A DNA stretch of 64,000 nt, taken from contig CAVTWJ010000023.1 in NCBI GenBank assembly GCA_963738405.1, positions 96,001 through 160,000 of the forward strand, read 5' to 3'. Source of the stretch: a candidate division FCPU426 bacterium (GTDB taxonomy: Bacteria > Oederibacteriota > Muellerivitia > Muellerivitales > Muellerivitaceae). Below are positions 28,246 to 39,272 of this stretch, piece by piece. Each line of letters opens with the position of its first letter. Position 1 is the first letter of the stretch. A program made the position numbers and the translations under genes. The notes beneath the pieces are model-generated. The model was not told the origin of the DNA. It worked only from the letters and a program-made list of their open reading frames with translations, and made no database searches.

Positions 28246-30468
28246 TTGTCTCCAGTCAAAACCGAAACATCCCTGAAGCCCTTGCTCTATACGGTTTTCG
28301 TTCTTCTTTTCGCGGTTGTCGGGGTCGTCATGGGCATCCTTTACGCCCAGCTTCGTGAGTTGCCCGACATCACCAACCTCAACGAATTTAAACCCTCCGA
28401 AGCCACCCGTATTTACGATGTGAACGGCGATCTGATCAGCCAATTGGCCCTGGAACAGCGCACCATCGTTCCGCTGGATAAAATTCCCCAAAATCTCCAA
28501 AATGCCGTCATTTCCATTGAGGATGAGCGTTTTTACAAGCATTGGGGCATCGACATCATTGGTACAACCCGCGCCTTTATCACCAACATCCTCCACCACG
28601 GTGAATCCATCCAGGGCGGAAGCACCATCACCCAGCAATTGGCCCGGAATCTCTTTCTTACCCCGGAAAAAAGAATCATCCGCAAAATCAAGGAAGCCCT
28701 TCTGGCCATTCAGATCGAGAAAAACTACTCCAAACAGCAGATCTTGGAAATGTACCTGAACCAAATTTACTTTGGTGAGGGCACCTACGGCTGCGAATCC
28801 GCCGCCCGCTCCTATTTTGGGAAACACGTGGAAGACCTAACCCTTCCCGAATGCGCGATGCTGGCCGGCCTGCCCAAGGCGCCCACCACCTATGACCCCT
28901 ACAAAAACCCGCTGGAAGCCCTTCAGCGAAGAAACACCGTTTTAAACGCTATGGCGGGCACGGGCGTCATCACCCTTCAGGAAGCCACAGAAGCTAAGAA
29001 CACGCCCATCGAGCTAAAAAAGATCGAGGTTCAAAACGCCCCCTATTTTGTGGAATACATTGCCCAACAGTTGGAAACCCGCTATGGCACCAACGCCGTT
29101 TATAAGGGCGGCCTTTCGGTTTACACCACCTTGGATTTGAAATTACAGGACGCCGCCCAAAAGGCCCTGCAAAGAGGAGTAGCCAACGCGGAAATTGTGG
29201 CCCAAAAAACCCGTCAAACCAGCATTCCTGTGGATCAGCCAATCCAAGGCGCCCTCTTGTCGATCGATCCCCACACCGGAGCCATCCGGGCCATGATTGG
29301 CGGCATCGACTACCGCAAAAGCGTCTTTAATAGGGCTATCCAGGCCCGCCGCCAGCCAGGCTCCGCCTTCAAGCCCATCATCTACGCGGCTGCTATTGAA
29401 AATGGATTCACCATGGCGGATGTTTTTCTGGATTCACCGGTGGTTTATACCGATCCGGCCACCGGCAAGGCCTGGAGACCGCTTAATTTTTCCGGTAAAT
29501 TCCGAGGGCCCACCACGCTCCATACCGCCCTGATGTATTCCATCAACGTCGTCACTATCAAACTATTGGAAAAACTTGGGGTCCAGGCTGCCGTTAACAT
29601 GGCCCATCGCTTAGGGATATCCACCCCCATCCGGAACCCCAATTATTCGCTGGGACTTGGGACCTACGAGGTGACTTTGGCTGAAATGGTGCAGGCCTTT
29701 TCGGTCTTCGCCAACCAGGGCATCCGGGTGGAACCTTTTGGGATTTTAACCGTGAAGGACAGTTCGGGAAAAATATTGGAAAACAACGCGCCTGCAGGCC
29801 AGGAAGTCCTTGACCCCGATACGGCCTACATCATGGTCAACACGATGAAGGATGTGGTGGATCATGGAACGGGACGGGTCATCCGCAAGATGGGGTTTAC
29901 CTATCCAGCTGCGGGGAAAACCGGAACCACCAACGACAACGTGGACGCTTGGTTTATCGGGTTCACGCCCGATTTGACCTGCGGGGTCTGGCTCGGTTAT
30001 GACGAACGCCAAAGTTTGGGAAAAAAACAGACCGGCGGCGAGGCGGCGGCGCCCATTTGGGCGGAATTCATGAAATCCGCAATGGAAGGAAAACCGATTA
30101 AAGACTTTCCGACGCCCCAGAATTTCGATACCGAATTCGTGAAAAAGAAGATTTGCCTGGATTCGGGGCTGCTGGCTTCGGTTTACTGCCCCCATACCCA
30201 GGATGAGATTTTCAAAAAAGAAACCGCCCCCACCAAGATCTGCAACCTTCATACAGGGACCGGGGCTAATTCCAGACATCCAGAGGACAATGGGGTTGGC
30301 AACTCAACCGCGAGCGGGGATCTTTTGGAGATGGATACGCAACCCGTCATGAAATCAGCCTCGACCCCATCCTCCGAAGCGACACCCGGAGCGGCCGAAG
30401 AAACAGGCTCCGCGCCCGCCACCACCAGCCCCTCCGATAAAGAAAATTATCCGGACCAGGGGTTCTAA
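28246..30468 (+). CDS. Penicillin-binding protein 1A family (transglycosylase/transpeptidase)
   Basis: [41 protein letters not shown] at 28246 follows GAGG; extended -10 TGATATAAT at 28194-28202. Confidence 0.95.
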   Translation: MSPVKTETSLKPLLYTVFVLLFAVVGVVMGILYAQLRELPDITNLNEFKPSEATRIYDVNGDLISQLALEQRTIVPLDKIPQNLQNAVISIEDERFYKHWGIDIIGTTRAFITNILHHGESIQGGSTITQQLARNLFLTPEKRIIRKIKEALLAIQIEKNYSKQQILEMYLNQIYFGEGTYGCESAARSYFGKHVEDLTLPECAMLAGLPKAPTTYDPYKNPLEALQRRNTVLNAMAGTGVITLQEATEAKNTPIELKKIEVQNAPYFVEYIAQQLETRYGTNAVYKGGLSVYTTLDLKLQDAAQKALQRGVANAEIVAQKTRQTSIPVDQPIQGALLSIDPHTGAIRAMIGGIDYRKSVFNRAIQARRQPGSAFKPIIYAAAIENGFTMADVFLDSPVVYTDPATGKAWRPLNFSGKFRGPTTLHTALMYSINVVTIKLLEKLGVQAAVNMAHRLGISTPIRNPNYSLGLGTYEVTLAEMVQAFSVFANQGIRVEPFGILTVKDSSGKILENNAPAGQEVLDPDTAYIMVNTMKDVVDHGTGRVIRKMGFTYPAAGKTGTTNDNVDAWFIGFTPDLTCGVWLGYDERQSLGKKQTGGEAAAPIWAEFMKSAMEGKPIKDFPTPQNFDTEFVKKKICLDSGLLASVYCPHTQDEIFKKETAPTKICNLHTGTGANSRHPEDNGVGNSTASGDLLEMDTQPVMKSASTPSSEATPGAAEETGSAPATTSPSDKENYPDQGF

Positions 30469-30473
30469 AACTT

Positions 30474-30953
30474 CTAAACCGCCGCTCCCTTGACCTGGTC
30501 TACCGCGTGGCGCAGGACCGGGCGAAGGATATCAAAAGCATCCTTAACCGCGGTGGGGGTTCCCGGAAGGTTAATCAGGAGTGTCTTTCCTCTTAATCCT
30601 GTCATTCCATTCGTCAAGGCGACACCGGGGGATTTCTCGAAGGCCCGATGGCGGATCATTTCCGCCAAGCCCGGTATCCATTTTTCGCAAACCTGGTGCA
30701 TCGCTTCCGCCACCCGGTCTCCCGGTAAAATACCGATTCCATCAACAGTAAAGATGACATCCACTCTTCCGCTATCCACCAATTGAAGCATGAGACCGGC
30801 CAGGGCTTGGGGGTCATCACCCAGCATTTGGCGATGAACTAATTCCCATCCCATTTTCCGACAGGTGGATTCCAGGATGTCGCCCGCTTCGTCGTTCACC
30901 AACCCGGTTTGGTATTTATCACCCACCGTCAGAATGGAAGCTTGAATGGCCAT
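30474..30953 (-). CDS. MogA/MoaB family molybdopterin-binding protein (divergent)
   Basis: ILTVGD, LGDD, IPGLAEMIR, TLLINLPGTP; the family GGTG motif reads DGIG. Confidence 0.8.
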   Translation of the reverse strand: MAIQASILTVGDKYQTGLVNDEAGDILESTCRKMGWELVHRQMLGDDPQALAGLMLQLVDSGRVDVIFTVDGIGILPGDRVAEAMHQVCEKWIPGLAEMIRHRAFEKSPGVALTNGMTGLRGKTLLINLPGTPTAVKDAFDILRPVLRHAVDQVKGAAV

Positions 30954-31042
30954 GGGACGCTCCCCAAAAACAAATCCGGAAGGGGGATGGAATCGGCGCG
31001 CCCTTTGGGCCGCCTAGAAAAGTGGAACCGGAATGTTAGGAA

Positions 31043-32929
31043 TTATTTGTTTCTTGAGTCGAGATTCACGTTACCCAAATCGTCCGTCGGAGGCAAGTCC
31101 AAATCCTTCGGCGGCTTGACATCCGAATCTTGAAGCGGAGGAAGGGCCAGATTCGAATCATCGGGGGCAGGGGCGGCTTGGCCCGGTGCTGGAGCCGCGT
31201 TGGTGGCGGGCGCGGATAATCCCACGCCCAAATCCAAGGGCGGAGCCTGCATCCCGTCAATGTCGCCGTTCACGCCCTGGAGGGCATCCATGGCTTTCTT
31301 TTGATCCGCCGTGGGTTGGTCCGGAGTCGGCACGGTCAGCGGAGCCGTCGTGGCTAGCGCAGGGACGGGCGGAGCTGGAACCGCGCTACTGGTATCGGGA
31401 ATGGAAGGCGGAGGTACGATATCGGCGGCGGCGGGAGGAGCCAAAACCGCCGGGGCCGCGGGCGCTGGGACATTGGTATTAGAATCAATACTCGGAGGCG
31501 GCGGAATTTCTCCATTGTCGGTCGAGGGTGCTGAAACCGATCCGGCGGGGACATTATTGACAACCGGTGCCGGCTGGGTGGAAGCCACCGAATCGTTCAC
31601 CGGCGGAAGGGGCACGGACTCCACGGAGGGCGGAGGCGGCGCCATGAGATCCATATCGGGTATCACGGGAGGCGCCGGGGACGAGGAAGCAGCGTTATTC
31701 GCTGGGACTTCCGGAACAGGAGGTGCGGTGGAAGCCACGGGGGCGGTTTCCATATTGGCCGGAGGCGGAGCCGCGGCGGATTGAGCTAAGTCACCTTGAT
31801 CCGGAGGCAGCACCACAGGGGTGAGTTGATGGGGAGCAGCGGGCAGGGCTTTCACCTTGACGGTTCCGCTGGCCGCGCTTGTTTCCAATTCGGGGGCCAC
31901 AGATTCCTCAGCCGCGGGAGCGGTCGCTTCCACAGGCTGGGGCAAAGCGGGTTGGGAGACAGCGGGTTGAGGCACCGCAGGAGAGGAAGAAACCCCCGAG
32001 GCCACAGCTTTTTCTTGGGCTTCTTTTTCTTTTTTCTCTTGAAGGGCTTCCAAGCCTTCCTGTTCCTTCAACTTTTTCAACGCCAGTTTGTCGGCCTTTT
32101 CCTGGCGCCTTTCCTTGGCGGCCATGGCATCCGACATTTCCTGGGTGATCTCGGGCAATTGGGTTTGAACATAGACCCGCAGAACATCCTTGAGGGATTT
32201 CATGGGCTGGAGGTTGATGGAGCCCTGGATCTTGGACATGACTGCCTTTTCATCCATGCTTCCCCAGAAATTCCCGCTTAATTTATAGGCGGGGGTGTTA
32301 TTGATGACTTCAACTTGGTTGTCGTGGATGCTGTTATTGTGAAATTCCAACTCGCCGAAGCTTTTCAGGAAAAGGCCGTAGGTGTTTTGAACAATCGTGT
32401 TGAAGTTCATCGAAATCTTGTTTTTACCGTCCGAAACCAAGCCCGTGGCGTTTCCATAGATTTTGCAGCTTTTAATGGTGGCGGTGTTAACCCCTTGCAG
32501 GTAAATCCCGCTTCCCTGGGTTAAATCGCTTCCCTCCAGGGCCAGTTGGGAGTCCTTGGATAAAAAGATACCCCCCACAAATTTGGCGTTTACGATATTG
32601 GCGGTGCCGCCATTGAGGAAAAATTTGCTTTGAAGCCCCCCCTGGATCATGTTGAAGACAACGGGGGACGCGGCTGAACCGTGGGCCAAAAGGGTTCCAT
32701 CTACTTCCAATTGGGAGGTACCCTGAAAAACCACCTGGACTCCCGGGCCGATGGAAAGCATGACGCCCTGTGGAACGGTGATATTTCCGGAAATTTGGTA
32801 GGGACTTCCCGCCTGATTCCATTGGGTATCGGAAACGAGGCTGGAAGTAACCGTTGTGGCGGCGTTAAGTGAAATGGAGGTTAAAAAAAGAGGGAGACAC
32901 CAAGCCAGCCAAGAGATCGTTCGCTTCAT
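31043..32929 (-). CDS. Exported right-handed beta-helix protein with long Pro/Ala-rich tail
   Basis: Signal peptide, W...GSPY.I.GNITVP.GV.L.I.PGV.V.F motif, NNSIHDN/NFWG, low-complexity C-terminal half. Confidence 0.75.
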   Translation of the reverse strand: MKRTISWLAWCLPLFLTSISLNAATTVTSSLVSDTQWNQAGSPYQISGNITVPQGVMLSIGPGVQVVFQGTSQLEVDGTLLAHGSAASPVVFNMIQGGLQSKFFLNGGTANIVNAKFVGGIFLSKDSQLALEGSDLTQGSGIYLQGVNTATIKSCKIYGNATGLVSDGKNKISMNFNTIVQNTYGLFLKSFGELEFHNNSIHDNQVEVINNTPAYKLSGNFWGSMDEKAVMSKIQGSINLQPMKSLKDVLRVYVQTQLPEITQEMSDAMAAKERRQEKADKLALKKLKEQEGLEALQEKKEKEAQEKAVASGVSSSPAVPQPAVSQPALPQPVEATAPAAEESVAPELETSAASGTVKVKALPAAPHQLTPVVLPPDQGDLAQSAAAPPPANMETAPVASTAPPVPEVPANNAASSSPAPPVIPDMDLMAPPPPSVESVPLPPVNDSVASTQPAPVVNNVPAGSVSAPSTDNGEIPPPPSIDSNTNVPAPAAPAVLAPPAAADIVPPPSIPDTSSAVPAPPVPALATTAPLTVPTPDQPTADQKKAMDALQGVNGDIDGMQAPPLDLGVGLSAPATNAAPAPGQAAPAPDDSNLALPPLQDSDVKPPKDLDLPPTDDLGNVNLDSRNK

Positions 32930-33051
32930 AAGAGTGGAACACCCCGGAAAATAATGTTCAGACCATCCCTAAAAGCTCCGCAAAGCCCAGTTACTATAAC
33001 AAAAGAATCGTTATGAGAAAATCACAAACCAAACCAATAAAAACAAAAATA

Positions 33052-33078
33052 AAGGGGAGAACCAAGCGGCCCTCCCCC
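33052..33078 (-). terminator. Intrinsic terminator after ppdK
   Basis: GGGGAG...CTCCCC stem with an adjacent A-rich run on the plus strand. Confidence 0.5.
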
Positions 33079-33106
33079 GTTTAAACCATAAACCCGATAG
33101 AAGAGA

Positions 33107-35917
33107 TTACTTTGAGGAATACTCCTTAGCGCCCTTCTTGGAGTTTTTCAACGCGGCTTGGGCCGCTGCCAGTCTGGCGATGGGAACCCGGTAGGGAGAA
33201 CAGGAAACGTAATTCAGCCCCACCAGATGGCAGAATTCGACGGAGTTGGGATCACCCCCATGCTCTCCGCAGATACCCACCTTGAGCTTGGGCTTGACCG
33301 ACCGGCCCTTTTCAACGCCCATTCTCACCAATTGCCCTACCCCAGCACGGTCCAAAACCTGGAAGGGGTCCTTTTCCATGACCGCGTGGTCTTGGTAGTA
33401 GCGGATAATCTTTCCGGTATCGTCCCGGGAAAATCCGAAGGTGGTCTGGGTCAGATCATTGGTGCCGAAGCTGAAGAAATCGGCTTCCTCGGCGATTTTG
33501 TCGGCAGTAACGGCCGCCCGGGGCAGCTCAATCATGGTACCGATAAGGTATTCCAGCTTAACTCCGTATTTCTTGATGGTTTCCTCAGCGATTTTAACCA
33601 CGATGGCCTTTTGATTCTTCAACTCGGCCACATCCCCAACCAAGGGGATCATGATTTCCGGAACGATTTTCTTTCCGCTTTTCACCAGCTCGCAGGCGGC
33701 CGCGATAACGGCTTCGGTCTGCATCTCGGTGATCTCCGGATAGGTAATCCCTAAGCGGCATCCGCGGTGGCCCAGCATGGGGTTGAACTCGTGGAGTTCC
33801 TCGACCCGGGACAGAAGCTTTTTGGCCTTATCCAGGTCCGATCCCCCGCCAGGCACCAACTCGAGGGCTTTTTTGATCATATCGTTGGAGGTCGAGGATT
33901 TTCCCGAGGCTTCGAGCTTGGCAATCTCTACCATCAGCTCTTCCCTTTTGGGCAGGAACTCATGCAGTGGGGGATCCAGGAAGCGGATCGTCACCGGATG
34001 GCCTTCCATCGCCTCAAAAAGACCCCTGAAGTCTGATTGCTGCATGGGCAGAAGCTTTTTCAAAGCCGCCCGGCGGGAGGCCTCGTCGGTCGCCAAAATC
34101 ATGGTCTGCATGTGGGGAAGACGGTCTTCCGCAAAAAACATGTGTTCGGTACGGCACAACCCGATTCCCTCGGCCCCAAAACCACGGGCCACCTTGGCGT
34201 CTCGGGGAATATCGGCGTTGGCGCGAACTTTGAGAGTCCGAACCGCATCCGCCCATGCCATCAGGGTTCCAAAATCCCCGGATAATTCGGGATCCACGGT
34301 CGGAACCTTACCGTGAATAACTTCACCCGTCGAACCATTGATCGAAATCCAATCACCCTCGTTAATGGTGACAGAGCCCACTGAAAACTTCCGGCCGTGC
34401 TCGTCCACCTTAATGGTTTCGCAGCCGGCCACGCAGGTTTTGCCCATTCCGCGCGCCACCACCGCCGCATGGCTGGTCATTCCGCCCCGGGCAGTGAGAA
34501 TACCCTCGGCGGCATCCATGCCATGGATGTCATCGGGAGAGGTTTCCAAACGAACCAAAATCACCTTTTTACCGTCGTTTTTCCATTCCACGGCGACGTC
34601 CGCCGTGAAAACCGCCTGGCCGGTAGCGGCCCCAGGCGAGGCCGGAAGGCCCTTGGTGATCACATCTTTCTTGGCCTTGGTGTCAAACACCGGATGCAAG
34701 AGCTGGTCGAGCTGGATCGGTTCCACCCTCAAAAGGGCTTCTTCCTTGGTGATGAGCTTCTCGGCGACCAAGTCGATGGCGATCTTCACCGCCGCTGCCG
34801 CGGTGCGCTTGCCCGTGCGGGTTTGCAGCATGAAAAGCTTTCCCTTTTCAATGGTGAACTCAAAATCCTGGATGTCCCGGTAATGCTTCTCCAGTTTCTT
34901 GGTGGTGTCATACAGCTGCTTGAATACCTGGGGCATGTCCTGTTCCAGGTGGGTAATGGGCAGGGGTGTGCGCACACCAGCCACCACGTCTTCGCCCTGG
35001 GCGTTTAAAAGATACTCGCCGTAGAATTTCTTCTCACCCGTGGCAGGATTACGGGTAAAGCCGACGCCCGTTCCCGAATCGTCGCCCATATTGCCGAACA
35101 CCATGGACTGAACGTTAACAGCGGTTCCGATGTCATGGGGAATGTCGTTTTGCTTGCGGTAATAGATGGCCCGGTCATTCATCCAGGAGCGAAACACGGC
35201 GTCGCGGGCCCCGCGAAGCTGGTCCATAACATCCTGGGGAAAGTCGTGGCCCGTCTTCTCTTTGATGAGCTTCTTGAACTTCTCAACCATTTCTTTCAGG
35301 TCCGCGGCCAAGAGTTCCGTGTCAAGCTTGACGCGTTTTTCTTCCTTCATGTGGTCAATCACGCGCTCAAACACTTCCTTACCCATTTCCATCACCACGT
35401 TGCCGTACATTTGCACGAAACGGCGGTAGGAATCCCAGGCGAAGCGTTCGTTGTTGGTGGAAGCGATCAAACCCTTCACGGTCTCGTCATTCAAACCGAG
35501 GTTGAGGATAGTATCCATCATGCCCGGCATGGAAAACTTGGCGCCGGAGCGAACGGATACAAGCAGTGGATTGTTGCGGTCGCCAAACTTTTTGCCCAGA
35601 GCCTTTTCCAGCCTGGCCAAATGAACCTGCATTTCCTTGTCGATGGACTCGGGAACTTCTTTTTTGTTTTCGTAATAGATGCGGCAGGTTTCGGTCGTGA
35701 TGGTGAAACCCGGGGGGACAGGAACGCCCGCGTTGGTCATCTCGGCCAACCCTGCTCCCTTTCCGCCCAATTCGGCTTTCATGGTGCCGGTTCCTTCGGC
35801 CTTGCCGTTACCGAAGAAATAGACGAACTTGTTGGAACGCTTGGGAGCTTTGGAGGCGGAGCTTTTCGTATTCTTTTTTTCTTTATCTTTCTTGTGCTTC
35901 TTGTCTTTTTTCGACAT
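33107..35917 (-). CDS. ppdK: Pyruvate, phosphate dikinase
   Basis: LGGKGAGLAEM, SMPGMMDTILNLG, GGMTSHAAVVARG, GIGLCRTEHMF, SFGTNDLTQ. ATG at 35917 follows GGGAGG. Confidence 0.98.
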   Translation of the reverse strand: MSKKDKKHKKDKEKKNTKSSASKAPKRSNKFVYFFGNGKAEGTGTMKAELGGKGAGLAEMTNAGVPVPPGFTITTETCRIYYENKKEVPESIDKEMQVHLARLEKALGKKFGDRNNPLLVSVRSGAKFSMPGMMDTILNLGLNDETVKGLIASTNNERFAWDSYRRFVQMYGNVVMEMGKEVFERVIDHMKEEKRVKLDTELLAADLKEMVEKFKKLIKEKTGHDFPQDVMDQLRGARDAVFRSWMNDRAIYYRKQNDIPHDIGTAVNVQSMVFGNMGDDSGTGVGFTRNPATGEKKFYGEYLLNAQGEDVVAGVRTPLPITHLEQDMPQVFKQLYDTTKKLEKHYRDIQDFEFTIEKGKLFMLQTRTGKRTAAAAVKIAIDLVAEKLITKEEALLRVEPIQLDQLLHPVFDTKAKKDVITKGLPASPGAATGQAVFTADVAVEWKNDGKKVILVRLETSPDDIHGMDAAEGILTARGGMTSHAAVVARGMGKTCVAGCETIKVDEHGRKFSVGSVTINEGDWISINGSTGEVIHGKVPTVDPELSGDFGTLMAWADAVRTLKVRANADIPRDAKVARGFGAEGIGLCRTEHMFFAEDRLPHMQTMILATDEASRRAALKKLLPMQQSDFRGLFEAMEGHPVTIRFLDPPLHEFLPKREELMVEIAKLEASGKSSTSNDMIKKALELVPGGGSDLDKAKKLLSRVEELHEFNPMLGHRGCRLGITYPEITEMQTEAVIAAACELVKSGKKIVPEIMIPLVGDVAELKNQKAIVVKIAEETIKKYGVKLEYLIGTMIELPRAAVTADKIAEEADFFSFGTNDLTQTTFGFSRDDTGKIIRYYQDHAVMEKDPFQVLDRAGVGQLVRMGVEKGRSVKPKLKVGICGEHGGDPNSVEFCHLVGLNYVSCSPYRVPIARLAAAQAALKNSKKGAKEYSSK

Positions 35918-35982
35918 TCGACCCTCCCTGGGATATTGAGGCGGATTCAACGATGCGGACAAAAGCCAGCAAAATGGCCCTC

Positions 35983-36010
35983 ATTGTAGCAGACGAATTT
36001 TCCTTTTCAA
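35983..36010 (-). promoter_or_regulatory. Putative ppdK promoter
   Basis: Minus strand TTGAAA-16 nt-TACAAT with an extended TG. Confidence 0.5.
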
Positions 36011-36089
36011 TGACGGCAGAAAGGTACAGAACGTGACACGATAAACACTAACGCAAGAAGTTTTTATGAATTTTCAGGAGAATTTGTAC

Positions 36090-38210
36090 TCAAGGGGTGG
36101 GGGAAGACTCGTTTCCATACACTAATTTTCTGAAATCGCACAAAACCAGCAGAACCTGGGCGGCCTGAGCCAACAAAGCCAAACGGTTTTTTCGGATATT
36201 AGGTTTTTTATCCATGACCATTACCTTTTCAAAAAAGGCATGGATAGGCGGAATCAAGGTTTTCAAGTGGGTTACGACTTGGTCGTAATAATCCTGGCTG
36301 TTCGAGTCCGAATCATCAATTAAAGTTTGTGCAAACTGGATTTTCTCAAAGAGGTCTTTTTCTTCTTCTAATTTAAGCAAAGGTTTCGAAACCTTATCAG
36401 CGACGCCCTTTTCCGGAAGAATGCGCAAAACCCTCCCTGCCGCAGTGACGAGCTTCTGGAACTCGGGGTCGGATTTGTATTTTTGAACGGTTTCGGCCTT
36501 CGACACCATATCCACGAGAGTCAAGACTTTCGTCACGGCGACGGCATTGATGACGTCATAGGCCAAACCCCTTGTTTCCAAAAGGCTTTGGAGGCGGGTT
36601 TTAAGAAAATCCAAAACCTCAATGCTTTCTTTGGGTTTGGCCTTTCCACCATATTGTTTTTGAACCGCATGGACCATGTCTTCCAAGGATACGGCGTATC
36701 GATTTTCCAAAAGAATTTGAAGGACCCCCAAAGCCTGGCGCCGGAGTGCAAAAGGATCTTGAGACCCTGAAGGAATCAATCGTGCCTTGAAACAACCCAC
36801 GATGGTGTCCAACTTGTCGGCCATGCTCAAAAGGGCGGCAGGGCCCGTGGGTGGCAGCTGATCCCCTGCAAAACGGGGATAATAATGAAATTGGATCGCC
36901 TTTCCGGCCTCCGGTTTTCCCTGTTTCGCGGCATAAATGCCCCCCATGACGCCCTGAAGGCTGTTGAATTCTTTTTCTCGGATGATGTTCGTGGCCAGAT
37001 CGGCTTTGCAAAGAAGCGCGGCTTCTTCGGCATCTTTTACGGTCTCTTTCGGTAGTCCGCAGAGGGTTCCAAGTTTTTTAACCAAGCCTTCCAACCGGAT
37101 GGACTTGTCCGCCATGGTGCCTTGACCTTCCAACCAGGTAATGCCCGAAAGTTTTTCTCCCCAAGTTACCAGTGGAAGTTTCAAATCTTCGGATACAAAA
37201 AACCGGGCATCTTCCAACCTTGCCTTCAAAACCCCTTCGTTCGCCCGGATGACAACACCTTTATCCACCGGTGTGCCGTTAATGACCCCGATAAAACATG
37301 GGGCCAAATGGCCGTCGGAATCGCGCAAGGCGAAATACTTTTGGTGTTCTCTCATGGCCGTCACAATCACCTGTTCGGGCAGGTCCAGGTATTGGGGGTC
37401 AAAAGAGCCCAGGATGACATCCGGGGATTCGATCAGGTTATTCACGTCGTTTAAAAGATCCGGATCGGGGATGACCTGGATATTCTTTTCGGAAGCGGCC
37501 TGTTGAACCTTATTCCAGATCATCTGGCGGCGCTCGTCCGGGTCCGCGACCACCCCGGCCCCCCTTAACACCTCCAAATAATCACCCGCCTCCACAACGT
37601 CCAATGGCCCCAGTTTTAAGGCTCTCAGGCCCTGGGTTTCCCTGCTGCTGTAAAGGCCCGCCACTTCGAAAGGGATAATGGCATGTGAAAAGACTGCCAA
37701 AACCCAGCGGATGGGCCTGGCAAATTGGAAATCGCCGTTTCCCCAGCGCTGGACCTTGGGAAAACGGATCTTCTTGATGATCGTGGGGAACACGTCGGCC
37801 AAAATCTCGGATGTCAGCCTGCCGCCGCTTTTCTTGAGGGCCACCACCACCTCGCCCTTGGGAGTCATTTTGCGCTTCAAGGAGGCGGCGGAAACGCCCT
37901 GCGCCTTGGCAAATCCTTCCCCAGCGCGGGTGGGCAAACCGTGGGCGTCAAAGGCGATGGAAACAAGGGGGCCAGTCACTTCCTGGCTGGCTTCCGATTG
38001 AATTTCATGCATTCCTTTAAGAAATAACGCCAAGCGACGTGGCGTGTAATAGGTGTAGATCTTTTGGCAGGTCAGTTTGTGTTCTTTAAGAGAGGCTTCA
38101 GCAGCCGACACCATCTGGTCGATGGCAGGCCGTATATAGGAAGAGGGCAATTCCTCACAGCCAATCTCCAGAACCGCGTCCTTCAAGGGAGTGATGTGTT
38201 CGATGGTCAT
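36090..38210 (-). CDS. glyS: Glycine--tRNA ligase beta subunit
   Basis: LEIGCEELP, TPRRLA, FARPIRW, HQKYF, ARLEDARFF, GSQDPFALRR, NRLALL. Confidence 0.96.
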   Translation of the reverse strand: MTIEHITPLKDAVLEIGCEELPSSYIRPAIDQMVSAAEASLKEHKLTCQKIYTYYTPRRLALFLKGMHEIQSEASQEVTGPLVSIAFDAHGLPTRAGEGFAKAQGVSAASLKRKMTPKGEVVVALKKSGGRLTSEILADVFPTIIKKIRFPKVQRWGNGDFQFARPIRWVLAVFSHAIIPFEVAGLYSSRETQGLRALKLGPLDVVEAGDYLEVLRGAGVVADPDERRQMIWNKVQQAASEKNIQVIPDPDLLNDVNNLIESPDVILGSFDPQYLDLPEQVIVTAMREHQKYFALRDSDGHLAPCFIGVINGTPVDKGVVIRANEGVLKARLEDARFFVSEDLKLPLVTWGEKLSGITWLEGQGTMADKSIRLEGLVKKLGTLCGLPKETVKDAEEAALLCKADLATNIIREKEFNSLQGVMGGIYAAKQGKPEAGKAIQFHYYPRFAGDQLPPTGPAALLSMADKLDTIVGCFKARLIPSGSQDPFALRRQALGVLQILLENRYAVSLEDMVHAVQKQYGGKAKPKESIEVLDFLKTRLQSLLETRGLAYDVINAVAVTKVLTLVDMVSKAETVQKYKSDPEFQKLVTAAGRVLRILPEKGVADKVSKPLLKLEEEKDLFEKIQFAQTLIDDSDSNSQDYYDQVVTHLKTLIPPIHAFFEKVMVMDKKPNIRKNRLALLAQAAQVLLVLCDFRKLVYGNESSPTP

Positions 38211-38213
38211 GGG

Positions 38214-39095
38214 CTATCCCCTTCCCATCAAGGGGTAACCAAGGGTTTCCCGTTCCTTCACATAGGCGGTGGCCACGGCCTTGGCCATGCCACGGACTCG
38301 GCCGATAAAGTTGGTTCTCTCAGCCACGGATATCGCGCCCCTGGCGTCCAAAAGGTTGAAAGTATGGGAAGCCTTCACAACGTAATCGTATGCCGGGGCT
38401 ACCAGGTTCAGTTCCAAAAGACGCCGCGCTTCCCCCTCGTAATCTTTGAAATGTCGTAGAAGCATCTTGGCGTTGGAATGCTCGAAGTTAAAAGCCGAGA
38501 AGGTTTTCTCGCTTTGATGAAAGATATCCCGGTAGGTCAGGTCTTTTCCCCCGTAATGGAGGTCCCACACGCTGTTGACCCCTTGGATCACGGTCGCAAT
38601 GCGCTCTAGGCCAAAGGTGATCTCGCCAGAAACAGGTTTCAGTTCCAGCCCGCCCGTCGTCTGGAAAAAAGTGAACTGGGTAATCTCGATACCATCCATC
38701 CAAACCTGCCATCCCAATCCCGAGGCCCCGAGAGTCGGTGATTCCCAGTCGTCTTCGACAAATCGGATGTCATGCTCATTCTGTTTGATCCCGATTTCTT
38801 CCAGGCTTCCCAGGTAAAGTTCCACCATGTTCTCAGGCGAGGGCTTAAGGATGATCTGGTACTGGTAGTAATGCTGCATACGGTTGGGGTTTTCGCCGTA
38901 ACGGCCGTCCTTAGGTCGGCGGCAGGGGTCCACATAGGCCACATGGAAGGGTTCGGGGCCCAAAACACGGAAAAAGGTGGCCGGATTAAAGGTTCCCGCG
39001 CCCTTTTCAAGGTCGTAGGGCTGTTGGATGACGCAGCCTTGGCGGCTCCAATATTGGTTGAGGGTAAAGATAAGTTCTTGAAACGAAAGCGGCAT
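38214..39095 (-). CDS. glyQ: Glycine--tRNA ligase alpha subunit
   Basis: [42 protein letters not shown]; start taken at MPLSF. Confidence 0.97.
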   Translation of the reverse strand: MPLSFQELIFTLNQYWSRQGCVIQQPYDLEKGAGTFNPATFFRVLGPEPFHVAYVDPCRRPKDGRYGENPNRMQHYYQYQIILKPSPENMVELYLGSLEEIGIKQNEHDIRFVEDDWESPTLGASGLGWQVWMDGIEITQFTFFQTTGGLELKPVSGEITFGLERIATVIQGVNSVWDLHYGGKDLTYRDIFHQSEKTFSAFNFEHSNAKMLLRHFKDYEGEARRLLELNLVAPAYDYVVKASHTFNLLDARGAISVAERTNFIGRVRGMAKAVATAYVKERETLGYPLMGRG

Positions 39096-39222
39096 ATTGG
39101 TCTCGCGTGAATCAGGATATAGCCCCAAAGGGCCACCATCATAAAGGAAAGTGCCGGAGGGGCAAAGCGGGCTTTCAAGATAATCGGGTTATTTAAAGCC
39201 CCCGCCAAAGGATTCGGGACAT

Positions 39223-39260
39223 AAAAAAAGGCCCTCGGCATAAGCCGGGAGCCTTATTTT
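39223..39260. terminator. Terminator-like hairpin with A/T tracts on both sides
   Basis: AAAAAAGGCCCTCGGC-ATAA-GCCGGGAGCCTTATTTTT. Confidence 0.5.
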
Positions 39261-39272
39261 TAAAGAAGCTGT

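Noticed and set aside
28063..28259. Head-to-head overlap of tyrS and PBP1A
   Set aside because: An artefact of longest-ORF starts; plausible starts at 28139 and 28246 leave a divergent promoter gap.
33158..35989. Long plus-strand ORFs antisense to ppdK (and similar ones opposite mutS, suf and the cyclase)
   Set aside because: Shadow ORFs expected from codon bias opposite well-conserved genes.
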